Source: Eledone cirrhosa (lineage: Eukaryota). Taken from it: a stretch of DNA of 64,000 nucleotides. The notes beneath the pieces are model-generated. The model worked only from the letters and a program-made list of their open reading frames with translations. It made no database searches and was not told where the DNA came from. The DNA lies in NCBI GenBank assembly GCA_964016885.1, contig OZ024742.1, forward strand, positions 131,130,001 to 131,194,000, read 5' to 3'. The position numbers and the translations under genes are program-made. Shown here piece by piece: positions 13,311 to 28,769 of the stretch; position 1 is the stretch's first letter, and each line of letters opens with the position of its first letter.

Positions 13311-13744
13311 TACCTACTGCATTACCAGGTGCATCTCCGTGTTCCTGAGCTATATGCAACATTATGTGTCCTTATCTTTGTAAGGTTGTGGGGCAAACAT
13401 ACATCTGTTAGTGTCTTGCACCAATTTAGTTTTGTTAAGGGGCTCAGCGTGTTTTTAAATATTTCAATATTTTTTCTCTTCTTTGTGTAATGTGAAATGT
13501 ATTATTTTATTTCATGAGATGCTGTGTGTTGTATTTGAGCTGTGATAGTCAATCAATAATGTCTTGCGCAAGATATGGGCTGATCCTTGCCGGGCTATGT
13601 TTCGGACTGTGAGCGCCCTGGTATGGCTTCAATATTTTTGTTCATATTTTAAAAAAAATACTATCTAATGTTCAGATTGTTATTGGTACTCTAGTAACTT
13701 CTGACTCCACATCTTGTATATTTCAATTTCAAGATGTTGTCGTC

Positions 13745-13916
<172 letters not shown>

Positions 13917-13959
13917 GAGTCTCAGTCATTGATATTATTTAACTGGAAAGTTTATTCAA

Positions 13960-14715
13960 ATGAATATCAAGCCTGTATCCTAAAATCCCATAGCACCTTC
14001 ACCTGATCGTTTTCTATCACCGAATCTAGCTTATGATGTGGTAAATTGTTTTTTTTGCATAGATGCCAGTGGATCACCCTGCCCATCACATCATGTCTCC
14101 AGCCTTTATAGTGAGTCTGGACTAGGTGTTTACACTCGGATACGATGTGAGCCACAGTCTCCTCTCTCTCTCTCCACAGATCCTACACAGAGAGCGAGCC
14201 TCCTCCTTGTCAATATGATGTTTCACCCACTTCGTTCTGAGGTCTTGTTCTCTTGCAGCCATTAACATTCCTTCTGTAGCTTTTTAAGGTCTCTTCTTTT
14301 AACCAGCAGCATGTCTGTGGATCTCTGAATTCCGTTTTCTTAAATAAGGTGCTATGAAGGGATTTTTCATGAGGATTGCTCTTCCTTGTTGTTGTGATTT
14401 CCTCCTTGGACATCCCTGGTCTATTGTCTTCTCCTTCAGTACAACTTTGCGCATTGGCTCACTCCTCTCAGACACATTTGCGCAGATTGCTTTTATCCAT
14501 CTGAACACAGTGCTCTATGCTGATAAGACCTCTTCCACCTTCAGATCTCTTTAAGTAAAGTCTATCGACATCACTCCTCTTGTGGAACATGCTGTAGGTA
14601 GTCATTAGCTTCCTAGTCTTTCTATCCATTTCTTTTTGTTCAGTAACATTCCGTTTCAGAATTCCAGCACTGTACCTAATAATAGACACAGCTCGGGAAT
14701 TTACTGCACTTGGGA
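13960..14715 (-). mobile_element. Decayed R4/Dong-type fragment (RT thumb to CCHC and start of RLE)
   Basis: AVNSRAVSIIRYSAG..MDRKTRKLMT..MFHKRSDVDRLYLKRSEGGRGLISIE and VAHIVSECK...RHDVMGRVIHWHLCK...VKVLWDFRIQ are homologous to the 40180 ORF, with frameshifts. Confidence 0.88.
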
Positions 14716-15525
14716 AAAAGGACAGTTCGAGTCCGCATCCCAAGGTCCTCCAGGACTCGACTCATGGTGTTTCCTGAGCTGCATAATTGTGGCGGGGGGA
14801 GAATGGACATATGCCTTCCCGATAGAAGCAACACGAACACCCAGGGAGCACTGGTCGGGGGTTCGTATCTCCAAAGTAGGTAGGAGACCTAAAACAATCC
14901 TGGACCACATCTGTCACCAAAACGGATTGGTACTGCAAATAATAACTGAGGCCAGAAGACCGCTCTGTTGCAAGGGGTCACAATCCTCCACTGCTGCCGA
15001 CGCCGGGGTGGGGACCACCACCGACACCATCACCGGCAACACAACCAGCAGAAACACCAGCTTCATAGCACAAAGAGAAGAAATCGAGAAAGAGGAGGAT
15101 ATATCTAGAACGAACACATTTCACGTGCCAGAAGATTTTTTTCTATTATGAATGTCACTCGACACCTACAAAAGGATTAGGGAGGGCATTGCTCGTAATT
15201 TGAGAACCCTGAATATAAGACCAACAAGCAGACAGCTTAGGGTTCCCAAAAGAAACACCATCATATATGGAGTTGGTACCACACGACTCCACAAGTACCC
15301 CCCCATAGGGTAAGTAAATCATTCCTCTCTCCTTTAGTCTGCCAACATGGCCATCCTAAGAATAGGATGTTTAAATGTTCATGGCCTGGGATAGTCCTGG
15401 AAGCAGGGTCACCTGCTAATCGACCTCAGGCCACTTGATATGGATGTGACTGCTATCATCAAGACCGAGATTTCCGACACGCGTGCTTTGGACTCCATTT
15501 CCGACGACTACGAGATCTTTGCAAG
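14715..15525 (+). mobile_element. L1/Tx1-like LINE fragment: decayed ORF1 and start of the ORF2 AP endonuclease
   Basis: From 15347 it reads MAILRIGCLNVHGLG*SWKQGHLLIDLRPLDMDVTAIIKT, the APE N-terminal xNVxGL...DVxxxxET pattern. It is homologous to 38560-38668 on the minus strand. Confidence 0.7.
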
Positions 15526-15979
15526 TAACAAAAATACTCTCAATTCAACAACAACAGCAACAACATTTCAATGACAGCAAAACACCAAATAGAAGAAAAA
15601 GAATAGGAACAACAAGAACAAGAATAATATTCATAACGGGCAAACGAAGGACATGAACACCAACATAATCATATGAACCAGGTTTTCCCAAACAACTTAA
15701 CTCAGGACTCCATTTTTAGAAAGGAAATTTGTTGGTCCACCCCCGTTTGGTTTAAGCTATTTTCTGTGCCATTATTTTAATATGACGGAGTTTTTTTGGC
15801 ACGGTTACAATTACATTTTAGATTCGTTGATTTTTTTTTATTGTACAATCATAAATTCTAATATTTTTATAGGAAAAATTGCATAACGAGAAAATATTGA
15901 TCCTTAAGCTATATAGAATATAAAAGTTTGACGCGATCTTTATTTTAGGAAGTACTCATACAAAACAAGAAAAGACTAC

Positions 15980-18900
15980 TATAACAACAACAGTAAAAGT
16001 AATAATAGCAAATACAAGAACCACGAAGACATCATGACAAGAAAAAGAAGAAGAAGAAAAACAACAACAACAACAACAACAAAAACAACATCCACAACAA
16101 CAACATCAACAGTAATGATCATAACATCAGACAACGATGACCACAGCAACAACAATAAAATCAAGACACAACAGTTAAATAACAACATGCAACAACAACA
16201 AGAAGCAATACAACAACAACAACAACAAAAACAACAACAACAACAACAACAACATCAACAACCAACACAACAACAGACAACAGACAACAGACAACAGACA
16301 ACAGGCAACAACAACAACAACAACAACAACAACATCAACCAACACAACAAAAGACAACAGACAGCAACAACAACAACAACAACAACAACCAATATACAAC
16401 AACAACAACAACAACCAACACAACAACATACAACAGACAACAACAACAAAAACAACAACCAATACAAAACAGACCACAAAACAACAACAACAACAACAAC
16501 AACCAACACAAAAACAACAACAACTACCAACACAACACAGACAACAACAACAACAACAAACAACAACACAGCACAGACAGTGACAGTAAAGATCAACAAA
16601 AACATTATTCTCAATGGGACTAAAGGCAACTGAATATAATTAAAAAACATCATAGCAGTAACTATAACAATAACAACAATAATAACAATAACAACAACAG
16701 CAAGAACACCACCAACAAAAATAACAACAACAGCAACAACACCAACAAAAACAATAACAACAACAGCAAGGACCCCCCCCCCCAAACAAAAGTAGCAACA
16801 ACAAGAGCAAATTCAATAGAAACAACAATCACAACGTAGACAACCAAAACAACAACTACGATATTATTTCCATTGAGGAATATACCAACTATAACAATTA
16901 TAGTGGAACATCATCCGAGCAGCAACACCAACAACAACATCAACAACAACACCAACAACAACACCACCAGCAACAACAACACCAACAAGAACACCAACAA
17001 GAACAACAACAACAACACCAACAACAACAACACCACCAACAATAACACCAACAATAAGAACACCACCAACAACAACACCAACACCAACAACACCAACAAC
17101 ACCAACACCAACAACAACACCAACAACATCCGAGCAGCAACACCAACAACAACACCAACAACAACACCAACAACAACACCACCAGCAACAACAACACCAA
17201 CAAGAACTCCAACAAGAACAACAACAACAACACCAACAACAACAACACCACCAACAATAACACCAACAATAAGAACACCACCAACAACAACACCAACACC
17301 AACAACACCAACAACACCAACACCAACAACAACACCAACAACAACACCAACAACACAACACTAGCAACAACAACACCAACAACAACACCTACAACAACAC
17401 CAACAACAACACCAACAACACACCACTAGCAACACCAACACCAACAAGAACACCAACAACAACAACAAAAACAACAACAGCAACACCAACAACACCAACA
17501 ACAACAACGAAAACAACAAAACCAACATCAACAACAACACCATCAACAACAACAACAATACCAACAACAACGCCAACAACAACAAGAACACTAACAACAC
17601 CACCACCAACAACAACATAAACAACATCACCAACAACACAAAAAACAACAACAATACCAACAACAACACCAACAATAACATCATCAACAACAAAACCAAC
17701 AACATCGGCAACAACACCAACAACAACACCAACAACAAGACCAACAACAACAACAATAAGACCACCAACAACGCAACTACCAATAACAACATCAACAAAA
17801 ACACCAACACCAACACCAACAACAACACAACCGGCAACAACAACGCCAACACCATCCGCAACAACAACACCAACAACAACACCGACAACAACACCAATAA
17901 CAACACCAACAACAGCACCAACAACAACAACACCAACACCAACAACAACACGAACAACAACACTAACAACAACACCAATGAAAACACCAACAACAACACC
18001 ACCAATAACAACAACAACACCAACACCAACAACAAGAACACCAATAAGAACACCAACAACAACACCACCATCGACAACAACAACACCAACACCAACAACA
18101 AGAACACCAACAAGAACACCAACAACAACACCAAGAACAACACCAACACCAACACCAGTAAAAACAACAAAAACAAAACCAACACCAACAACAAGAACAC
18201 CAACAAAAATACCAACAGCACCAACACCAGTAACAACACCAACAGCAATAACAACGACAATAGCAACACCACCAACAACAACAACACCAACACCAACACC
18301 AACAACAACAACAACAAGACCACCAACAACTCAACTACCAATAACAACATCAACAAAAACACCAACACCAACACAAACACCAACAACAACACCACCGGCA
18401 ACAACAACGCCAACACCATCCGCAACAACAACACCAACAACAACACCGACAACAACACCAACAACAACACCAACAACAGCACCAACAACAACAACAACAC
18501 CAACACCAACAACAACACGAACAACAACACTAACAAGAACACCAATGAAAACACCAACAACAACACCACCAAAAACACCACCACCAATAATAACATCAAC
18601 AAAAACACCAACACCAACAACAACACCAAGAACAACACCAACACCACCAACAACACCAACAACAACACCAACAACAACACCAACAACAACACCAACAACA
18701 ACACCAACAACAACACCAAGAACAACACCAACACCACCAACAACACCAACAACAACACCAACAACAACACCAACAACAACACCAACAACAACACCAACAA
18801 CAACACCAACAACAACACCAACAACAACACCAACAACAACAACAAAAATAACGCCACCAACAACAACAACACCAACAACGACAAAAATACCAACAACAAC

Positions 18901-21900
18901 ACCAACAGCGACAACAGTATCAACAACAACACCAACAACAACACTAAGAACAACACCAAAACCAACACCAACACCAACAACAACAACAACACCAACACCA
19001 ACACCAACAACAACTGCAGCGACAAAATCAACAACAGTACCAACACCAACAACAAAACCTACAACAAAACCAACACCAACAACTACACCAACACCAACAA
19101 CAACTGCAGCGACAACATCAGCAACAGCACCAACAACAACAACAACACCAACACCAATAACTACACCAACACCAACAACAAGAAAAACAACAGTAACAAC
19201 ACAGACAACAACACCAACAACAACAACAACAACACCAACATCAACACCAACAACACACCAACACCAACATCAACAACAACACCAACAACAACACCACCAA
19301 TAACAACAACAACAAGAACACCAACAAGAAAAAGCAACAACAACACCACCAACAACAACAACAACACCAACACCAACAACAACACCAACAACAACAACAA
19401 AAATAAAACCAACACCAACAACAAGAACACCAACAAAAATACCAACAGCACCAACACCAGTAACAACACCAACAGCAATAACAACGACAATAGCAACACC
19501 AACAACAACACCAACAGGAACACCAACACCACCAACACCACCACCAACAACACCAACAAAAACACCAACAAAAACACCAATACCAATACCAACACCAACA
19601 ACAACTCCAACATGAACACCAACAACAACACCAACACAAAGACCAACGCCAGCAACAACACCACCACCGACAACAACAACATCAACACTAACAACACCAA
19701 CAACACCAACAACAACACCACCACAGACCAACAATAAAACCAGCAACAACACCAACACCAACAACACGACTAACAACAACACTAACAACAACACCAACAA
19801 CAACACGAACAACAACACGAACAACAACAACACAACAAACAACAACACAACCACCACTAACAAAAACACCAACAATAACAACAACACCACAACAATAACA
19901 ACAACAACAACAACAACAACAACACCAACACCAACACCAACAACAACACCACCACCACCAACAACAACAACACCAAGAACAGCAACAACACCAAAGACAC
20001 CAACAACAGCAACAACAGCAACAACACCAACAAAAACACCAACGACAACAACACCAACACCAACAACACCACCAACAACAACACCAACAACAACAACATT
20101 AACACCATCAACGACACCAACAACAACACCAACACCAAGAACACCAAGAACACCAACAACACCAACAACACCAACATCAACAACTACATCAATACCAACA
20201 ACAACACTAACAATAAGAACACCAACAACAATAACAAAACCAACAACACCAACAAAAACACCAAAACCAACAACAACACCAACACCAACACCAACACCTA
20301 CAACAACAACACCAACAACAACACCAACACTAACAACAGCACCAACAACAACACCAACAACAACACCAGAAACAACAACAACACCGACACCACCAACAAC
20401 AACATCAGAACCAACAAAAACAACACCAACAAAAACACCAACAGCAACAACAACAACAACAAGACCAACATCAACATCAACAACAACAACACAACAAACA
20501 ACAACACCAAAACAACACCACCACCACCAAACAACAACACCACCAACAAGAACACCAACGAGAATACCAACAACAACACCAACACCAACAGCAACACCAC
20601 CAACAAAAACAACACCACAAACAACACCAACAACAACACCAACAACAACACCTTACACCAACAACAAAACCAACAACAACACCAATACCAACACCAACAC
20701 CAACAAAAACACCAACATCAACACAAACAACAACACCAACACCAACACAAACACCAACACCAACAACAACACCACCACCAACAACAACAACACAAACACC
20801 AACACCAACAACAACAAAAAACAACAACACCAACAACACCAACAACAACAACACCAACAACAACACCAACAACAACACCAACAACAACACCAACAACAAC
20901 ACCAACAACAACAGCAACACCATCAAACCAACAACAACACCAACAACAACAACACCAACAACAACACCAACAACACCAAACACCAACAACAACACCAACA
21001 ACAACACCAATACCAACAACAACACTAACAAGAACACCAACACCAACACCAAAAATAACACGAACAACAACAACACAACAAAGAACAACAACACCACCAC
21101 CACTAACAACAACACCAACAACAACACCAACAACAACACCAACAACAACAACAGCAACATCAACACCAACAACAACAACACGACAAACAACAACAACACC
21201 AAAACATCACCACCACCACCACCAATAACAAGACCAACAAAAAGAACACCAAGGAGAATACCAACAACAACACCAATAGCAACACCACCAACAACAGCAA
21301 TAGCAACACATATAACAACAACAACGCCAACACCAGCACCAACGACAAAAACAACACCACAAACAACAACAACAACAGCAACAAACACCAATAACAACAT
21401 GAACAACAACACCAATACCAACATCAACAACAACACAAACAACAACACCAACAACACCACCAACAACAACACCAACAACAACAACACCAACAACAACACC
21501 AACAACAACACCACCAACAACAAAAGTAACATCAACACCAAGAACAACAACACAACAAACAACAACAATACCAACACTTACACCAACAAAAAAACCATCA
21601 CCACAAACAACAACAACAACAACAACAACAACAGCACCAACACCAATAACAACACGAACAACAACACCAATACCAACACCAACACCAACACCAACACAAA
21701 CAACAACACAAACAGCACCACCAACAACAACACCAACGACAACACCAACAACAACAACAGCAACCCCATCAACACCAACAACAACAGCAACAACAACATA
21801 AACAACAACACCACCAAAAACAACACCAACAACAACACCAACAACAACCAGACCAACACCAATACTAACACCAACAACAACACCAACAACACCACCAACA

Positions 21901-22859
21901 AAAACACCACCACCATCAACAACAACAACACCAACACCAACAACACCATCAACAATAACACCAACAATAAGAACACCACCAACAACAAAACCAACACCAA
22001 CAACACCAACAACACCAACAACAACACCAACACTAACACCAACAACAACACCAACAACGACACCAACAACAACACCAGCACCAACAAAACCATCAACAAC
22101 AACACCAACACCAACACCAACAACAACACCAACACCACCAACAAAAGCACTGACAACAACAACAACAACACCAACAGCAACAACAACAGCAACAACACTA
22201 ACAACAACACTAACAAAAACACCAAGAACAACACTAACAACAACACCAATAAACACAACAGCACCAACACCAACAACAACAATACCAACAACAACACCAA
22301 CACCAACAACATCTGCAGCGACAACCTCAACAACAACACCACCAACAACAACACCAACAACAACAGCACGAACAACAACAACACTAACAACAACACGAGC
22401 AACCACAACAACAATAACAACAACAACACGAAAAACACCGACGACAACACAAACAACAAGAAAAATAACAGTAACAACAGCAACAACACCACCACCACCA
22501 CCACCAACAACAACAACAAAAACAACACCAACAACAACAAAAATAACAGCAACGCCACCAACACCAACAACATCAACAACATCAACAACAACAACACCAA
22601 CAACAACACTGACAACAACAACAACACCAACAAGAATACCAACACCAACACCAACACCAACAACAGCAACAACAACAACAGCAAAAATAACGGCAACACC
22701 ACCAACAACAACACCAACAACAACAACAACAACAACACCAACAACAACACCGACAACAACAACAACAACACCAACAAGAATACCAACACCAACACCAACA
22801 CCAACAACAGCAACAACAACAACAACAAAAATAACGGCAACACCACCAACAACAACACC

Positions 22860-22890
<31 letters not shown>

Positions 22891-23545
22891 CCAACAACAA
22901 CACCGACAACAACAACAACAACAACACCAACAAGAATACCAACACCAACACCAACAACAGCAACAACGACACCACCAACAACAACAACACCTACAACGAC
23001 AACAACACCAACAACACCAACAACAACACCAACAACAACACCAACAAGAACAACACCGAAAACAACAACACCAACAACAACACCAACAATAACAACAGCA
23101 ACACCATCAATACCAACAACAACACCAACAACAAAAATACCAACAACACCAAACACCAACAACAACACCAACAACAACACCAATACCAACAACAACACTA
23201 ACAAGAACACCAACAACAACACTAACAACAACACCAATAAAAACACCAACAGAAACAACAGCACCAACAACACCAACAACATCACCAACAACACCAACAA
23301 CAACAACACAAAAAACAACACCAACAACATCTACAGCGACAACATCAACAACAACACCAACACCAACAGCAACACCAACAACAACACCAACAACAAAAAC
23401 ACGAACAACAACCACACTAACAACAACACGAACAACCACAACAACAATAACAACAACAACACGAACAACACCGACAACAACAAACAACAACAACAAAAAT
23501 AACAGTAACAACAGCAACACCACCACCACCACCACCACCACCACC

Positions 23546-23577
<32 letters not shown>

Positions 23578-24885
23578 CAACGCCGACAACAACACCAACA
23601 ACAACAAAAATAACGGCAACACCACCAAAAACAACACCACCGCCACCAACAACAACAACACCAACAACAACACCGACAACAACAACACCAACAAGAATAC
23701 CAACACCAACAACAACACCAACAACAGCAACAACAACAACAACAAAAATAAAGGCAACACCACCAACAACAACACCAACAACAACACCGACAACAACAAC
23801 AACAACACCAACAAGAATACCAACACCAACACCTACACCAACAACAGCAACAACAACACAACCAACAACAACAACACCTACAACGACAACAACACCAACA
23901 ACACCAACAACAACACCAACAACAACACCAACATCACCAAGAAAAACAACAACTCAAACACGAACAACAACTGCAGCGACAACATCAACAACAACACCAT
24001 CACCAACACCAACACCAACAACAACAACACCAACAACAACACCGCCACTAACAACAACACCAACAACAACACCAACAACAACACCTACACAAGCAACAAC
24101 GACACCTACACCAACAACAACACCAACAAACTTAAAACAACAACAACAATAACACCAACACCAACAACAGCATTAACAACAACACCAATAACAACACCAA
24201 CAACAACACCAGAAACAACAACAACAACAACAACAACACCACCACCAACAACAACAGAACCAACAACAACACCACAACCAACAACAAGAACACCAACAAG
24301 AATACCAACAACAACATCAACACCTACAACAACACCAACAACAACACCAAAAACAACAACACCAAAAACAACAACACCAAAAACAACAACACCAATAAAA
24401 ACACCAGCACCACAACCAACATAAAAAATAACACAAACAACAATAACACCAACAACATCAACAACACCAAGAACAACACCAATAATAACACCAACAATAA
24501 CAACACCAACAACTACACACAGAACACCAACAACAACAACACTAACAGCAACACCAACAACAACACCAACAACACCAATAACAACACCACCACCAACAAC
24601 AACAACACCGCTACCAACATTAAAACTAACAGCAACACCAACAACACCAACAACACAAACAACAACATAAATAACAACACCAACAACAACACTAACAACA
24701 ACACCAAAAGCACCAACACCTACAAGTCCCACAACCCCAACCCCAAAAACAAGACCAACAAAAACACCAACAACAACACTAACAACAGCACGAATAACCA
24801 CAACAACAATAACAACAACACCAACAACACCGACAACAACACCAACAACAACAAAAATAACAGTAACAACAGCAACAACACCACC

Positions 24886-24916
<31 letters not shown>

Positions 24917-27900
24917 CCGACAACAACACAAACAACAACAAAAATAACGGCAACAACACCAAGAACAGCACCACGACCAACAACAGCAACACCAACAACA
25001 ACACCAAAAACAACACCCACACCAACACCAACAACAGCAACAACAACACCGACAGCAACAGCAACACCAACATCAACAACAATAACAACACCATCATCAA
25101 CAACAATAACAACACCAACAACAACGACACTAATATCAACAAAAACACTAACAACACCAACAACAACATCAACAGCAACACCAACATCAACGACAACACC
25201 ACCACCACGAACAACACCACCACCACCAACAACAACAAGACCTTCAACACCAACACACCTCCAACAACAATAACACCACCACCATCACCAACAACACCAC
25301 CACCACCACCAACAACAACAACACCAACTCCAACAACAACAACACCACCAACAACACCAACAACAACACCACCACCAGCAACACCCCCACCACCACCAAC
25401 AACAACACCACCACCACCACCACCAACAACAACAACACTACCTCCAACAACAACACCACCACCACCACCACCAACAACAACACCACCAACAACAACAACA
25501 ACACTACCAGCAACAACCCCAACAACAACACCACCAACAACACCACCACCACCACCAAGAAAAACAACAACAACACCAACACCAACACCACCACCACCAA
25601 CAACAACAACACCAATAACAACAACACCAACAACAACAACAACACCAATAACAACAACACCAACAACAACAAAAACAACACCACCACCACTAACAACAAC
25701 ACCAACAAAACACCAAAAACAACACCAACAACAACACCAATAACACCACCAAAAATACCAACAACACCAACAGTAACACCACCAACAACAACACCAACAA
25801 CATCACCAGCAACACCAACAACACCAACACCAACACTAACACCAACAACAACACCAACAACAACACCAACACCGACACTAACACGAACAACAACACCAAC
25901 AACAACAACACCAACACCAACACCAACACCAACACTAACACCAAAAACAACAACAGCAACCCCAACACTAACACCAACAGCAACACCAACAGCAACACCT
26001 AAAACAACAACAACCCAACAACAGCACCAACAACAACAACAACACCAACAACACCACCAACAATACCAACAACAAACCAACACCAACACCAACACTAACA
26101 CCAACAACAACACCAACAAACCAACAACAACAGCAACACCAACACCAACAACAATACCAACAGCAACACCAACAACAACAACACCAACAACATCACCAGC
26201 TAGACCAACAAGACCAACAACAACACCGACAACAACAGCAACACCAACATCAACAACAATAACAACACCAACATCAACAACAATAACAACACCAACAACA
26301 ACAACACTAATATCAACAAAAACACTAACGACACTAACAAGAACAGCAACGACAACACCTACAACAACATCAACAGCAACACCAACATCAACGACAACAC
26401 CATCACCACGAACAACACCACCACCACCAACAACAACAACACCACCATCACCAATAACACCACCACCACCAACAACAACAACACCACCAACACCAACAAC
26501 AACAACACCACCAACAACAGCAACAACAACAACAACAACACCACCACCACCACGAACAACAACAACACCACCACCACCAACAACAACAACACTACCACCA
26601 ACAACCCCAACAACAACAACACCACCACCAACACCACCACCACCACCAACAAAAACACCAACAACACCAACGCCAACAACAACACCAACAACAAGAACAA
26701 CAACAGCACCACCAACAACAACACCAACAACAACAAAAACAACACCACCACCACCAACAACACCAACAACAACACCACCACCAACAACAACAACGACAAC
26801 ACCAACAACAACACAAACAGCAACACCAACAACAACAACACCACCACCACCACCAACACAGCACCACCACCACCAACAACAACACCACCAACACCAACAC
26901 CAACAACAACACCACCAACAACACCAACAAAAACAACAACACCAATAGCAACACCAACAACAACAGCAGCAACACCAACATCAACAACAATAATAACACC
27001 ACCAACAACAACAATACCACAACAACTACAACACCAACAAAAACAACACCAACAACAACACCAACAACACCACCAACAATACCAACAACAACAACACCAA
27101 CAACAACACCACCACCAACAACACAACAAACAACAACACCAACAACAACAACAACAACAACAACAACACCACCACCACCAACATTAACACCACCACCACC
27201 AACACCAACAACAACACCGCCACCACCACCACCAACATCAACACCACCAACAACAACACCAGTACTCTCAACGGGACTAAAGACATCGATGACAACACAG
27301 ACAACGAAAACAGCAACAAGTGTACTAGCAGCAGCAACACTAGCATCAGCAGCTACAGTAACAGTAGCAGCATCAACAGCAACACCATCAACATCAACAA
27401 CACTAACAGCATCAGTACCAACAGCAGCACCATCATCATCAACAACATCAACAGCAGCAGTACCAACATCAACAACACAACAGCAGCACCATCAACATCA
27501 ACAACACAACAGCAGCAGTATAACAGCAGCACTATCAACATCAACAACACCAACAGCATCAGGTTCAACAGCAGCACCATCATCATCAACAACATCAACA
27601 GCAGCAGTAGCAACAGCAGCACCATCAACATCAACAACACACAGCAGCAGTACAAACAGTAGCATTATCAACAACATCATCAACAGCAGCACCATCAACA
27701 TCAACACACCACAACAGCAGTATCAACAGCAGCGCCATCAACATCAACAACACCACACAGCAGTACCAGCAGCAGCAGCACCATCAACATCAACAACATC
27801 AACAGCAGCCGTACAACAGCAGCAGTCAAACAGTAGCATTATCAACATCAACAACACCAACATCAGCAGTCAACAGCAGCACCATCAACATCAACAACAC

Positions 27901-28660
27901 CACACAGCAGTACCAACAGCAGCACCATCAACATAAACATCATCAACAGCAGCAGTATAACAGCAATACTATCAACATCAACATCATCAACAGCAGCCGT
28001 ACCAACAGCAGTATAAACAGTAGCATTATCAACATCAACAACACCAACAGCAGCAGTATCAACATCAACAACACCAACAGCAGCAGTATCAACAGCAGCA
28101 GTATCAACATCAACAACAGCAACAGTAGCAGTACCAACAGCAGCACCATCAATAGCAGCTGTATCAACATCAACAACATCAACAACACCACACAGCAGTA
28201 CCAACAGCAGCACCATCAACATCAACATCATCAACAGCAGCAGTATCAACATCAACAACACCAACAGTAGCAGTATCAACATCAATAACAGCAACAGTAG
28301 CAGTAACAATAGCAGCACCATCAACATCAACAACACAACAGCAGCACCATCAACAGCAGCAGTATTAACATCAACAACACCAACAGCAGCAGTACCAACA
28401 GCAGCAGTATCAACATCAACAACACCAACAGCAGCAGTATCAACATCAACAACACAACAGCAGCACCATCAACAGCAGCAGTATCAACATCAACAACACC
28501 AACAGCAGCAGTATCAACATCAACAACACAACAGCAGCACCATCAACAGCAGCAGTATCAACATCAACAACACCAACAGCAGCAGTATCAACATCAACAA
28601 CACACAGCAGCACCATCAACAGCAGCAGTATCAACATCAACAACCACAACAGTAGCAATA
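15980..28660. repeat. ~12.7-kb cryptic trinucleotide array (AAC/ACC core, CAG/CAT-rich distal 1.4 kb) with higher-order duplications
   Basis: The + strand is almost exclusively A and C with the recurrent 12-mer ccaacaacaaca and duplicated blocks of hundreds of bp. The reading phase shifts repeatedly. Confidence 0.95.
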
Positions 28661-28769
28661 TTGATATGTTAAAAATCGATATGTTGTTCCACCGTAATTG
28701 GATTTTGCCACAAGGAAGTGAAAATAATAGGAACTCATAAATAAACTGCTAAACTATTTATTTATTTCA

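Noticed and set aside
16175-28658. Long minus-strand Leu/Val/Cys-rich ORFs (up to 707 aa) as membrane or keratin-like proteins
   Set aside because: They are overlapping open frames generated by GTT/GGT repeats that lack stop codons.
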